A stretch of DNA of 64,000 bases from Macrostomum lignano (taxonomy: Eukaryota), in NCBI GenBank assembly GCA_002269645.1, contig NIVC01000660.1:310001-374000 (forward strand), in the 5' to 3' direction. The notes under the pieces were generated by a model. That model searched no databases and had not been told where the DNA came from. It worked only from the letters and a program-made list of their open reading frames with translations. The position numbers were made by a program, and so were the translations under genes. Below, piece after piece: positions 1 through 13,481 of the stretch. How positions within the stretch are numbered: position 1 is the stretch's first letter; every line of letters begins with the position of its first letter.

Positions 1-569
1 TTTTGATTGATGATTGATACCAATTGCGCGAAAAACGATATTGTTGTTTACACTAGAAACAAGCTTAGCTCGGGAAAAAAAGATCGCCGAATTTTTTCGC
101 ATTGAAAGTACATCGCGTACCTTACGTCTGGAGGCCTATTCGAGAAGCGTAGCAGCATCGTCCTCCAGGGGGAAGGGGGTTTGTTGCCGAATTCTTGTTG
201 AAGAAATTTTACCTGTATTCCCAGAGGATTATGACCCAACATTCTCCCTTCCCGATGCGGTTTCAGCAACCACTGACTGACATATAAAATCTAAGCCCCC
301 CCCCCCTAGATGCGACAGTATGCAGCTACGCCTGCAACCGTAATTTCAGTTTAGGATAAATTGGATTTAAAATGCAAATTCAGAAGGCGAAACTGCGAAG
401 TTTTGCCGTAAAATGCGCAATTATTGTTAGATGGATGTCCTCGTTAGAAATGCCCCTGCCGAAATTAAGTCTTGCAGTGCAATGACATTGTTTATTAATT
501 ACTGATTGTTTTGAGTAATTAAATTATTTTTTATCAATAGGATGGTCATTTTTACATCTAAACATTGGC

Positions 570-990
570 ATTTTTGACGCCAAATTGGGGTGTCTCAATG
601 GCGCTAAATTGGGGTGTCTCAATGACGCTAAATTGGGGTGTCTCAATGGCGCTAAATTGGGGTGTCTCAATGGCGCTAAATTGGGGTGTCTCAATGGCGC
701 TAAATTGGGGTGTCTCGATAGCGCCAAATCGGGGTGTCTCAATGGCGCTAAATTGGGGGTTTCAATGGCGCCAAATTTGGGTACCTGTCTCAATGGCGCC
801 AAATTTAGGTGCCTGTCTCAATGGCGCCAAATTGGAGGTGTATGTCTTAAGGGCACCAAATTGAAGGTGTCTGTCTCAATGGTGCCAAATTAGAGGTGCC
901 TGTTTCAAAGGCGCCAAATTGGAGGTGCCTGTCTCAAAGGCGCCAAATTGGAGGTGCCTGTCTCAATGGCGCCAAATTGGGGTGTCTCCT
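570..990. repeat. 24-bp minisatellite (GGCGCTAAATTGGGGTGTCTCAAT)
   Basis: About 17 tandem units seen directly; it generates the spurious ORFs at 524-893. Confidence 0.95.
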
Positions 991-1666
991 TGTAACTGGG
1001 CTTTGGCTTGCCTAAAACTTATATATACCGGTATACTTCGTATATATATATATACATTTTACATAAACCAGTTAACCTAAAATGAATAAGTTCGAATAGC
1101 TAATTTAATTCGAAGAAAAACTATTACTGATGAATATCTGAAGTTCCCACGAACTAGTTTGGCGACGCTCGTAATGGGCCTGACGTGTGCTTCCCAAGGC
1201 CAGCCAAGCATAGGCTTATAAGTTTATTTCATAGTAGCTCTGTTCTAGTAAGCCATTCACTCGAAACTAACGAATGACTGATGATTAATGAGATTTATGT
1301 ATTCTACGAGTGGAATTGATCTAATACAGATTTTAAAATGCTAGAAACATGTTGAAAGGACCTACTATTAGATATTGCTAGATAGAATATTGACTAGATA
1401 TATTAGAGTTCTTTAAAAACTGGCTAGTTCTACTAAGTTTTTTAGAAAATCGATTAGATCTACTATATCTACATAATGTATTACCGTCCTGCAAGGATCT
1501 ATAGATATGAAGTTTTAGTATATTAGACTAGCAAATCTAGACCCCCCGTAGGGGAGGCAACTAAATAAAGTAATAAAAACTTATCCCGAACGCTAGCTTT
1601 TAGCGTATTATTCGTAGCTATTACGCAATCAGATACGTATGACGCAATCGCTAGCGCTCCACTCAC

Positions 1667-4600
1667 TGGTGACGCAACGTTTCCCAGCGAAAGGATCGCG
1701 ACCAGGTCCAAATTTTGCTAACGAATGCTGATGACTCATGGCCGTAGCCAAGCCCGGTTTTGAAGCCACAGTTGAAAGAAGAACGAAGTTAGCGTCTGTA
1801 ATGAAAGCTGCTTCCAGTGCCCGCTTGTTAAATTGTGACGAAGCTGTGAAATGCTCCGCAGTTAGATTGAGCCCTAGTGAGTCCCGCGGCCAAGGCTCCA
1901 CAAGGAATTTTCTTCTCCCAGTGTCAATAAGGCCGAACTGAGAATGAGGAGGCGTTAGCGGGTAGGATGCCAGTATCTGACATGTAGGATGTCAGTGTCT
2001 AACATGTAGAATAGCTGTGTCTAACATGTAGAATGGCAGTGTCTAACATGTAGGATGTTTATATCTAACACGTATATTAATATCCTCACCGGTCCGCGAC
2101 ACAGATTCAGAGATGCAAAAGAGAATCTTTTGCCCACTCCTCCGTCGTCGCCGATCACGTCGCCGAAGAACTGGCACAGCGCGCTCTCAGCTTCGCGCTG
2201 TACAGCTGACTGATTTGAGTCGGCCCATGAGTACAAGCCTACTGACCTGGTGACGTTCAGCAGTAGTGGAGGAGTCTGACACTGCTCAATCTTCCTGGCA
2301 ATGATGCAGCTCAATCGGAGTAATAGGCGAACTTCTAGTTTATCAGTCAACTGCGCATCTAGCAGAGTCAATCGATGACGCGAACTCAAAGAGGCTGGAT
2401 CTGTGATGGTAGATTTTTTGGATAGAAAGCATAAAAAATGAAGCGTCAAAGTACTTTCGCACTAGCGATTCAGCCATTTTTGTTATATTGTTTTTCGTTT
2501 GTGCAACAATGGCAGTGATTCACTGGCCATAAATGATAAACAATGGCAGTGATTCACTGGCCATAGATGATAAACAATGGCAGTGATGCACTGGCCATAA
2601 ATGATAAACAATGGCAGTGATTCACTGGCCATAGATGATAAACAATGGCAGTGATGCACTGGCCATAGATGATAAACAATGGCAGTGATCTACTGGCCAT
2701 AGTTGGTAAACAATGGCAGTGATCCACTGGCCATAGTTGATAAACAATGGCAGTGGTGCATTGGCCGTAGAATGGCATTAATTTTCTCCTTCAAGATCCA
2801 TCCATCAATCCGCATACCCGTATGAAGCAGGGGTGTGCAGCTCATTTACAATGAATGCATTTTTGAACGTGACGACAATAAACCGTGAAAACTTGGTGGC
2901 ACAACATTTCAACAAATTGCTCCAATCCAAGTCCCTCGTCCCGTGTCTATATAGAAGTCCCCCCGCTTTAAAAAATCATCGCTTGTAGTTGTAGCAGAAT
3001 CCGTGGTGTGAAGAGAGTTGCTTTCGCTGCAAAATATCGGTCGGCTCTGACGGCTATGCTAGTCTGTTACTCCAGGCGAGAAAGTTTCTTATAATTTCAG
3101 CCAACAAATAGAACACTTGTTACACGTTAGCACAATAAAACAAACTTCAGAATGTGTTGTATAGCAGTTATAAGCGCCCTATCTATACGGCTATAGGTTG
3201 TTAGATTTTATTGCACAAGTCAGGATCGAGGGGCCACGCGAGCTTGATGATGTCTTAGGGGAAAGATCGTTTCCCATCGCCTTGTGGGATTTTATTAAGT
3301 CAGCTGCTACGATGGGGTTATTTAGGGACAGTACACAGAAACTGTCTTATCATTTCCTGGGTGCATTTGGACCCTCCGGGATGCTGAGGGGCAGGTGGAA
3401 ATCCAGTGCAACTTGTGCAGCCCCCCCTCAAACTGCGGAGGCAGCTGGTATCGCCTATTTTGGCCCCAATGATAAATTGCATTAATACAATGAGGAAGAA
3501 GTTCCCAGTGCATCCGGAAACGGTGCCGTGTACGCAGAAGCGGCCGTTTATCAAATCTTTCTCTAAAAGCATCCTATTTGCGGAAATTATACGGCTCGTA
3601 TGTAGACCATAAACAGTTGAGAAATTCCCAAACAATTGCATAAACTTTCTTTTTTTGGTGAACTTTTCCTGCAAGCATCTTTTTTTGCCTGAGAATCTGA
3701 AAGTATCGAAAAATCTTGGTGGTCCATGATTAAAAAAGAAGTCAATGAAGGAGGGTGGTTGCTGCTGGAATTCAATTCTAGGTGCTGATGTCTATGGCAG
3801 AATATCGAATTTGTTGCCTTTTTCTCAGTCTATGTCTCTTTTGAATGGCCCGGAATGAAATATTGATCGCAAAAAGCGATATAACTCTCTCACTTAAGAC
3901 TCGTGAAATACGAGTACATATTTACGAGCTAATCGTGAGCATGCAAAAGTGACGTCACCGACCAGGTGGTCACCTCTCATTACAGCTGAATCACTAAGGA
4001 CATAACCAAAGAGTATTGAGGTCGCCTAGTATAGAGTGCCAATAAGAATGAAAATCTGAAGCCGATTTTTAGAATCCACCCACCCCCTCCGGTCACCAAG
4101 CTTTTTAGTCTATGGCACAAGTTGTGGCTAGAATGGTGTACAAAGCCGATGCTCAGAAATATAAGACATTTTACACTTAGAAAATGCATGTATCAAATAA
4201 GCAAGACAACATCGCTCAGTCACCAGACTCAGTTGCCGTCGTCGATAACGGCAGTTCTCAGTAAATGTTCTCAGTAAATATAAATCTTCTATTTTCGCGC
4301 TGGCAAATGGACTTGCAACTCATTGACTCACTGACCTTTAGCAGTTTAAGCAACAACCACGGACCGCAGCTAATTTCCTTCTTTGCCGAATTCTTTGCCG
4401 ACTGACATCGAAAAAGCTAGTCGCGACAAGCTACATGGTCCATCTGTGCGGAATCGGTTGCACAGAACAATAATCTTCATGAATTTTTAGATATTCTTCT
4501 GGCAATCGAGGCTATGACTCCTCTCCTCTCTCACTTGACATGTTTGCTACATTACTTCCTGCATATTTGTTCATAGTACTGTTTTCTTTCGCTCTGCCTG

Positions 4601-5448
4601 TTTATCACTTATGCTTTTTGTCTTTCCGACTCAGCTGCAAGAATCCTGCTCAACTTATTTTCTCCTTACACAATGCAATCAATGTACGTACGGTTACAGT
4701 ATAGATACAGAAATAAAGTCTTGAGGACGTTTTAAGCATACATGGTATTCGTCCAGCTACATTAGCTACTTGTATTTTTCTCATGCACTCTATGTATATT
4801 TCTGAGCATCGGCTTTGTACACCATTCTAGCCACAACTTGTGCCATAGACTAAAAAGCTTGGTGACCGGAGGGGGTGGGTGGATTCTAAAAATCGGCTTT
4901 AGATTTTCATCCTTATTGGCACTCTATACTAGGCGACCTCAATACTCTTTGGACATAACCAAAGCTTCAAATTGTCTTTCTGTAAAGACGTACACGCCAC
5001 TCAAAAAACAGTCAATATTCAGCGACATCGTCCCACAACAACACAACAACCACAGAATACGCAGTTAGCGTCACAGGGCGCGAATGAACGCCACGCCGCC
5101 GGCCGAATCCGGGGCGCCGGCGTCAGCCAGCAGGCAGTCGATGAAACGCCGACAGACCGGCACTGAGGCAATTCTGCACATTCCGCTGACCGTGCAAATC
5201 GCACTGCAAATCCTCAGACAAATTTTCGTCCACACAAGCCCTAAACATGACTAGAGGTGCTTGGCCTGCGTACACAATAACGCAAGTTACTCTTTCGCGT
5301 CGTATAAATTGCATTAACTGAGGTAAAAACAGTATTTTAAGCAGCACTCACCGCGAGCTTCAGACTTATTATTAGCAGTTAACGAACCAGTCGACAACAT
5401 TCCATTGAGTGCCAGACAGCATTGCACTATTAATAAAAGGCGATTCAT
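1667..5448 (-). CDS. Secreted ADAM/ADAMTS (reprolysin M12B)-like metalloprotease precursor, 5' part only (signal peptide + propeptide); gene continues off the left edge
   Basis: Exons 5448-5352 (MNRLLLIVQCCLALNG..., signal-peptide-like, donor G|GTGAGT, phase 1), 2400-2090 (acceptor CACAG|AT, phase 1; ends CCG|GTGAGG) and 1937-1667 (acceptor CTCAG|TTC; donor A|GTGAGT). The joined peptide ...CQFFGDVIGDDGG...SFASLNLCRGP|FGLIDTGRRKFLVEP... matches the M12B propeptide pattern C-x-Y/F-x-G-x-V...C-x-G...G-x-I...Y/F-x-I/V-EP. The catalytic HExxH exon is not in the window. Confidence 0.6.
1975..2070. repeat. Short 22-bp tandem repeat (ATGTAGGATGTCAGTGTCTAAC) in ADAM-like intron 2
   Basis: About four degenerate units. 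Confidence 0.8.
2505..2770. repeat. 34-bp hairpin-unit minisatellite (AACAATGGCAGTGATGCACTGGCCATAGATGATA)
   Basis: About eight units, each containing the inverted repeat CAGTG-ATG-CACTG. Confidence 0.95.
4008..4950. mobile_element. Non-autonomous DNA transposon (MITE-like) with about 155-bp terminal inverted repeats, in intron 1 of the ADAM-like gene
   Basis: 4008-4163 is the near-perfect reverse complement of 4795-4950. It is flanked by the direct repeat GGACATAACC (3998-4007 and 4951-4960); an alternative parse gives a 6-bp TSD ACATAA with TIRs starting CCAAAG. No transposase ORF inside. Confidence 0.85.
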
Positions 5449-8400
5449 ATTTATAACATCTAGATAATTACAATTTGAATTATGATCTATTTCAGATGCT
5501 TGATGGCCAACACTAATAGTACATTCTGTCAACCGGAGAGCCGATTCATAAAATATTTTTAATAGCTAAGCCAATGTTAAGAAAGTTAACTGAATCACTA
5601 ATTACGCATAATTTCGTTCGCGTAATTAGTACATGTACATGACTACCTTTTCGGTTTGTAAAAATCTAGGAAAGCAGTTGAATTGAATTGATGCTGCCGT
5701 CTGTCTCTTCCTGCTGTCTTGCCATGGCCGAAATCTCGCACCACTTTCCCTGTTTGGGCTTTTTAGGTCAAAGATCGAATCGTGTGGAAACCAACAACCA
5801 ATCCAAATCAAGGACCAATAGCAACGTATGGTTGATGGTTTGTTCAGTTTTTATAGGCAAATTTCGGGGATTCAATGCGTGATTGAAATTTTCAATGTAC
5901 TCTACTGCAAGTAGAAAAACAGCTAGGGAATTGATGAGGACGCACTTTTTTTCCAAATTTCACGCTCGCACATGGGTTCCAAACTTGCTAGCCTACTAAC
6001 AGCAGGCTATGGGCGTTTTTCTTCCTCTTTTGTCATTTTTCTAGATTTCATAGTAGTAGGACTTTTGTAGCTATACGAGTATTAATCTGCCATACTTGTA
6101 GTAATAGGCGCGGTTTTTTGCTGCTCTTGGGTCATAAATCATTGCATCTGAGCTGGTTTGACACCTGCGCCTCACTCAGTGCTGGGTCTGGCGCCAGATG
6201 GTCTGAGAGAATGCGAATGATAGCTTTTTTCTCATCATTTTGACAAGCCATCAAGATTTATGAGGTCAGGGCCTATTGTTCGTGTTCACTCAAGCGTGTG
6301 ACAGCTTTAATTTGACAGCTATGCTTTTTACCCCTAAAAGTACGTTGGGATTAGCGATTTGCGATTTCTCTTCATTACCTTCACTTTCTACTTAATAAGA
6401 GCTTTAAAGTATATTTTCTCATTAATTTTTGTCACTTCTACGCGAAAAGTCATAAATCATTTTGTTGCGATCTTGATTGATTTATGGCCGCACCTGTCAT
6501 TTTTTACGACCCCGAGGGAACCGATAGGATCTCCCGGTCACGTGACTTTGGGTGGCAACAAGCTCAGCCAATCAGAAAATTCGACGTTCATTTTAACAAA
6601 CCGTCTCAGCCAATCAGAATCGACGTGTTTTATTATAACAAACTGCGGTCCAGTTGGCGGCTGTTTAAACCTGTGTTTTTGGCCCGCTCCCGAGACTAAC
6701 CCTTTCTGGAGACCGGCCAGGAACTTGCTCTCTCTCTGGCCCGACCGTCGTTTCTTGATCCCCGGATTGCGACTTCCCCCATCATCATCAAGGACGAGTC
6801 CCCCGGTCATCAGCAGTGAACATCAAAGTTAAGAGCATCACCTGCTAGCTATCTGCAAAGGTTGTGACATCAGCACCATCCCGGGTCTACAGCTGCGAAG
6901 CACTAAGCCGATTCGGTCACTGTGGATTACCTGGTCTCCGGCTGTTGAGGTTCTGATTGGTTGGGTGAGAGGCTACCTAGACTTGCTTGATTGGGTGATT
7001 CCCTATCTGTCCCCTGTTTCAGTAGCTGGATTAGGCGCACACTTTTGCTCATTTCGCTCAGTAGTGCTGTTGCTGAGGCAGAAGTCATTCAATAATACTG
7101 CTAGTAGTCTAAAACTCCAATTCAATCTGAAGTGTGAAGTGATTTAAGGAGAAGGTTAAATCTGACAGTTATTTTTATCGGTTTTATTTCTTTGTTCGCC
7201 GATGGCTCAGATGTGTAGCTAAGCTAGTAGGCGCCGGTCGCAGTGGACCAATGGCAAGGCAGTTCTCAGTCGATCAATCTATCGAATCAGTTAGCGAAAC
7301 TGCCAGTAGTGCAGAATCAGCGCCAGAGATGTACTCGTACTTTGTGCACTCTAGGCTAGCCAAGCGGCTCGGGTAATGAATCACGCGGTCTCTGAAGTTC
7401 GAGTTAGTCTATCATCAGCGCTAAGAGAGGCTAGTTGGCGCGTTGAAGGCCAAAAGTACAATTCTTCGTATTTAGCAATGTAATGGTACATGTACGTAGC
7501 TACCCCATAGTCTCGCCACTGCAAGAATCCCCTGCACAAGTCCCCTCTGTACCTGCATGGCCAATGCGATCAAGTCCCAGCAGAGTCCCTTATCATCGGC
7601 TATACTTCGAGATTGACAGCAAAAAGACACTAGTCGGCAGGTATGTGCTAAGCCCCCTCTATAGTCGGAAGCCCGATTTCGAAAGTCCCGGTTTGGTGAG
7701 TCAGGACGCACGGGCTGGTGGCAGCGGGTTAGTTAACCTGCGGATTAGCTGATCTCTACCTACAAAATTCTCCCTGCTTGTCTCTCACTGTCCCTCTCTT
7801 AGCTATAGGACCTAGACTGCTCGCCACGATATCAAGCTACCATGGGGCTGACCATCTGACAGGAGTGGGGGCCAGGACTCTAATTGATGTCTTTCTGAGA
7901 CCTGAGGCCCGAAGGCTTCCCCACAAGGGGGCCGAAAGGTCGAAACCCATCAATATAGCTAATAGCACACGCCAGGCAGGTTAAGTAGTAACTGCAGTTT
8001 AGTAATTGTTGCTTAGAAAACAATAGGCCCGTTTAGCCCTGTCGAGCCTGGAGGCCCGTCCAACTCTGATTCACCATGCAGGAAGGGGTGAAATAAAGGG
8101 GCCGTGCCCCCGAAAAATTGGCTGTAAAAGTGCGCGAATTATGGCGCTCCCATTGGTGCAGGCACCAGGCCCTGCTGTCCTCGAAAAATAGCAAACCCCA
8201 CCTCAAGACGCGGTCCCAACCCCCCAAATTGTGTGGACTGCAGTCCGAGTTTTTTATTCAATGTCAAAGTCATCGCAGGAAAAATTTAACATCAATTAAT
8301 GCATAATGTACGATGTACGCAGGCACGCAGATTAATGTCTGCTTGAGGTTATATTCTGCGTGTACTTGGATATATACATGTATGATAATAGTCCGTACGC

Positions 8401-9860
8401 GCGTATAGTGTATATATACACCTGTGCATACAAAAGCTACTTTTGGAGCGCAAGCGGGACTACAGACATACATTTCACGCGCATATACATACGTCATTTA
8501 TCATGATTTATGAAATATTATTGAGACCCTGGCATGTGTTCAGATTCCGAATGCAAAAAAATAACAACTGTGAACTTTTTTTGTCTGAAATTATTAAATT
8601 AATAAATACTAGTATATATGCAATTTGACTGGAAGCTCATCCACTTTTCAGTGACAAAATCTGCACCTGTGATGAAGAGAAGCAGATATACGCAGAAAGA
8701 TAGTAGGATGATTTTACTTAGAATATTCCGGATGCAAGTGGGATAAGTACGCATATAAAAAAAAACAATTTTAAACCTTTTGATATTCTTTCTAGTTAGA
8801 CGAATCTTGTAAGTATTTCATATGATACTTAAAAGCGTAATCATAGTTTAAAATTGACTTCTGCTTTGGTTTTTAATTTAATTATTCGTCTATCATCCTG
8901 TTACATAAAAATAGATTTCTTACATTTACACCATAGCCATAAATGTTCCGTCGTCGTGTTTAGAGTTCGTTTAGTAATAAACTTCACTAATGGTTGTGTA
9001 ATTTGAATTCATCGGTTACTATAAATTATTTGCGGTGCTGAAATCAAATTAAATCTGATAGAACTTATGGAAAACTCATCTTGTTTTTTAAATTTTAAAG
9101 TCACTAAAAAGGCTAAACTCTACAATAAACAATATGGGCATGGCACAAGCCACAAATAGAAGTCCTAAGTATCACAGTTTTTAGTAGGCCTAAGCTTTTT
9201 CTCTAAAAAGATGCCAATTTGTTATTAGGCCGATTAGAGGCAGAAAGCTAGATATATATTTTAGAGTTCTTCCATTGCTACAGATACAGACTCGGCAGGC
9301 CTATGGCTATGCATATGTCATTGGAAGTTATAGATATTATACTAGAGCCATCGAGGTAGAAGATGGAGTAGGCCCTATATTTCCCATGGTTGCTAGGGAG
9401 GGAGCCTAGTCATTTCATCTTTGTCATTTTGTCATCTAGGGTGTATATCACCCTATCTTAATTTAAGTCACAACTATCTTAATTAACATGCTCTAAAAGG
9501 AGTCATTTTATTTTTGTCATCTACCAATCATACAAATTAAAAAATTCCAAAAAAATAAATTTAGAAATTTTGTATAAAGTTTTTAGTTATTTTAGGCCTA
9601 TCTAAATTTTAATGCTTGAAAGACTTGGCAAGGCAAGTTGGTATCTATTTATTAATATAATTTGAAATAGAGTATATTAGGCCTATCCAAATTTGTAAGC
9701 TTAGTTGTTACCTTTACATGTATTAAATATTAATATTATTTTCTATTTTACAAAGCTTTATTCATTAATTTCACTGATTGGTTAATGACAAAGTATTATA
9801 ATTTATGATTATGAATTAGAGTATCCATATTTAGCTAATAGGGTCCTAGGTCAATTCAGT

Positions 9861-11269
9861 GACAAGACATTTCGGTGACAACAACTTTGGTGACACCAGT
9901 GGTCAATTTGGTGACAAGCTTTTTAGACTTGATTTGACTATTTTTCGTTGTTAGGGCCTAGGCCTAAATATTAAAATATAGCTGTCACTAAACTCTTATT
10001 AAAGTAATAAATGTTTGTATGCTATCCATTATCATTTTGTTCGAGTGCATTTCAAGGCATAATCACAGATAGCGCGCACTTAATTTTATCTATAATTTTA
10101 ATTTTTCAACTTAAGTCAACAACTTGATGATTAGATTTTTTGTACTACATCTACATGTATATGTATTGTAGATGTACATAGATGTACATACATGTATATA
10201 TACATCTTAAAAGCCATTGAACGAGTTTAGAAAACAACTGTATACCTATAGCATAGCTTATGATTGTACATATGTTATGTGCTAATTCAGGGACTATTAA
10301 AGCAAGGGGTGCCAATAGGGGTGGACCCGCGGATAGAGCTTGATAGAACTTATTGAGCCCCCAAAAACCTAAAAACTTATTAACCCAAAAACTTATTGAG
10401 CATCCTTTAAACTAGATTTTTGCCTCCTACATGCATTTTTGCACCCTAGCTTAAAAATTAGTGCCCCTCATACTCCTGTTGGCACCCAAAACTTAGACCA
10501 ATATCCCCCGCCCTTCCCTCCTTTGATGCTCTATCCGCGGGTCCGCCCCTATTGGTGCCCCTTGCCTTAGTCCTTGATCAAATTAGCACATAACATACGT
10601 ACAATCATAAGCTACGCTATAGGTATATAGTTGTTTTCTAAACTTGTTCAATGGCTTTTAGGACATACATGTATATGTACATCTACAATACATTTACATG
10701 TAGATATAGTACAAATAATCTAATCATCAATTGTCATTGACTTGAGTTGAAAAATTAAAAGTATAGATAAAATTAAGTATGCGCTATCAGTGGGCCTTTT
10801 CATATTGCTTGTTCTGGTTCTAGAACCAGAACCAGTTTGTGCAGTATAACTTTTTGTCTCCATAACTCGAGGGAGATACATGCTATAAAGTTTTTATTAT
10901 TGAATGATAATCACCAAGAAGAAAGTGAAAAATTGTGCTAAGTGAGGTTGTTAAGGCAGTCAAACATTCAACAGAATTAAATAGTTATACTGCTTTTTTT
11001 CTTGGAAGATCCAAACTGATTCTGATTCTGGAATTGGTAATATGAAAAGCCTCAGTGAATATGCCTCGAAACGCATTCAAACAAAATGATAATTGATAGC
11101 ATATGAACCTTTATTACTTTAATAAGAGTTTAGTGACAACTATATTTTAATATTTAACAACAAAAAAATAGTCAAATCAAGTCTAAAAAGCTTGTCACCA
11201 AATTGACCACTGGTGTCACCAAAACGTCCCAAGTTGTCACTGAAGTTGTTGTCACTGAAATGTCTTGTC
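9861..11269. mobile_element. Long foldback (palindromic) element with about 480-bp arms and a ~190-bp spacer; the right arm is interrupted by a nested MITE
   Basis: 9861-10340 is the reverse complement of 10528-10792 plus 11052-11269 (e.g. GACAAGACATTTCGGTGACAACAAC versus GTTGTTGTCACTGAAATGTCTTGTC; GGACCCGCGGATAGAGC versus GCTCTATCCGCGGGTCC). Confidence 0.85.
10793..11051. mobile_element. 259-bp MITE with 6-bp target-site duplication nested in the foldback arm
   Basis: TIRs GGCCTTTTCATATT... and ...AATATGAAAAGCC; TSD TCAGTG at 10787-10792 and 11052-11057. The other arm shows the empty site. Confidence 0.85.
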
Positions 11270-13481
11270 TTGTCTCAGCTAATAGTTATAATATTTAATA
11301 TTAATAATATTTTGGTCACTTTATTCATTTATCACATTATTTTATTATTAGCTTACTTTGTGACAATTAACCAGCAGACTCCAAATTAACTGACAAAGAC
11401 AAATGAAATGCTTACATTATAATGAGGTAAATAAAAAAATTATTTATTACTTTATAGTAATAAAAATATTATCTAATATACAAAAATGATCTGTCAATAT
11501 CTATCTATATGATCAATTAGAGAAAAAACAGCTTTTTAAGGTTTTAAAGCTTAAAAATTATCCTATGGCATAGTGCATAGTTCTGACAATAGTGGCATAC
11601 CAAAAAACTTTGCCAACTCCCTCGTGTATGCCATGTATATAGTACTACTGTACTAGGCTACCTAGGAGTATAGGTTCTTATTGCATATGAGAATTTCCCC
11701 AAAAAGTATCTTTGATGACTTTGAATATGGGTTATATGGTTAACAATAACCTATGCATATAGTTATCATTTATATTGTATTCTACATCACTTTGAAAGCC
11801 ATATGAATCTTATTATCTAGCATTCTTGTGTGTATATTGATATTTAGCTCAAATTTTAATGAAATTTTTACTTATTAAGGTATTTTTCTTTTTTTATTCT
11901 TTCTTGCTTTTTCCTTGTTGGCCAAACTGGCATTCCTAGTTGACCTTATAAAGTAGCAAAATGCCTCAAATAAGAAGCTCTAAGGAGATGACTCCCATAT
12001 CATAGACATGTGCTGCTGTTAAGGCTTTTGAAATAAAACTTTATTTGTAGAAAGTAAAAGCCAAAAAGCATATTTTTAGTCAAGCCAAGTATTAAGTATT
12101 GGTGCCAATACTTATGCCAATACTTGGTGCCAATAAGTATTTATTGGTGCTTACATCAAGTAGTCGAGAAATGTCAAGCAAGTAATCAGCACATTTTTTA
12201 TGCAGTATTTTCTATAGTCACATTGCCAGTGTCATTTTATACAAAGATTTATATGAATATATTGTATAATAAACAATTCCAAGATGTGCCCAACAATACA
12301 ACTGATACAATTGATACAAAAAAGGAAAATGCCATGCTGAACTTTCATTGCCATACTGATATTTTCTACATTAAAGGGTATATTTACCCCATATTATATA
12401 TATATAGACCCATTAAAAATGCTTGACTTCTTGACTTGACCTGATTAAAACTTCTTGACAGTTGAGTAGTTGAAAAAATAGTCAATAATTTTACTCAACA
12501 TGTCGAGTACTTGGTTGAGAACTTGTTCTGCCTCTAGTAGAAAGACCAACTCTTGAAGCATATTTGCCTAAACTTCATCCATCTAATGTTTATATTGAAG
12601 GAAGACATGCAGTGAAATCATGCCAAGGCTATTATTGCCTATCTATAGGATCAGTTTAAACAAGGTGTCAATGCATCAGAGATTGTTAGCAAGTTTCAAC
12701 TTGTACATGTGTTTATTCCCTTCACTGTTATAATTATATTAATGTTCTACTTGTGTCACTCCAAATGAAAGTTGTAAAGCTGCACTGCAATAATGGCTTA
12801 TATGGGAGGTTTTTAGCTAAAAAACCTTGCTGTAGTCTGTTTTTTTGGCTATATCAATTTTTTCGGCTCCTTGAAAATCTCATTGGCAACTGGATTTTTG
12901 GCATCAGAGGCCAAGTGTAATAAAAGTTCCATATTTATATTTATTAAAACTGGCTTAAATACTAAGTTATAAAAATTGACAATGTCAGCTGGCAACTGGA
13001 TTTCCAACCTTAAAAACCCAGGCCTGTAGTTCTTAGTAAGTATCCAACTGAATGATAAGAACCTTGATATGTAAGTTTTGCTATTTGGCTTGATGAGTCC
13101 ATCTCTGATAAGCTTTGGCTATCTGCAATCTGCTAAAAATGATTATAAATTAGTACTAGGAGAGAAACTTAAAAAATCAACTTTCTTGTAACAAACAATT
13201 TGACCAATATTTATGATATGAGTTTTCACGGTAACTGTCAAGGCTGCAAAGTGTGCATGTATGTGTGCTTCAGACACCTAGATCACCATCCATGTCTTAT
13301 TTAATTATATTGCAATAGATAATTTTTCGCCTATAAGGTAAATTATATAGTGTAGTAAAATAACTGCTTTTGATTGATAGGAAGGAAATTATTATTGCAT
13401 TCAAAAGTAATTAATTGCATGTCTGAAATCCATCAGTAATTATTTCTCCAAGAAAGTAAAGAAATAATAATAACAATAATA

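Noticed and set aside
14-290. Further exon of the ADAM-like gene or an independent ORF
   Set aside because: No phase-1-compatible open exon with recognisable metalloprotease sequence could be built.
1525-1560. Helitron 3' end (hairpin CCCC-TAC-GGGG followed by CTAG on the minus strand)
   Set aside because: No matching 5' TC end or second copy is visible; too short to support.
4972-5347. GC-rich short ORFs as an extra ADAM-like exon
   Set aside because: Exon 1 (phase 1) joins the 2400 exon directly; candidate exons here either hit stops or have incompatible phase.
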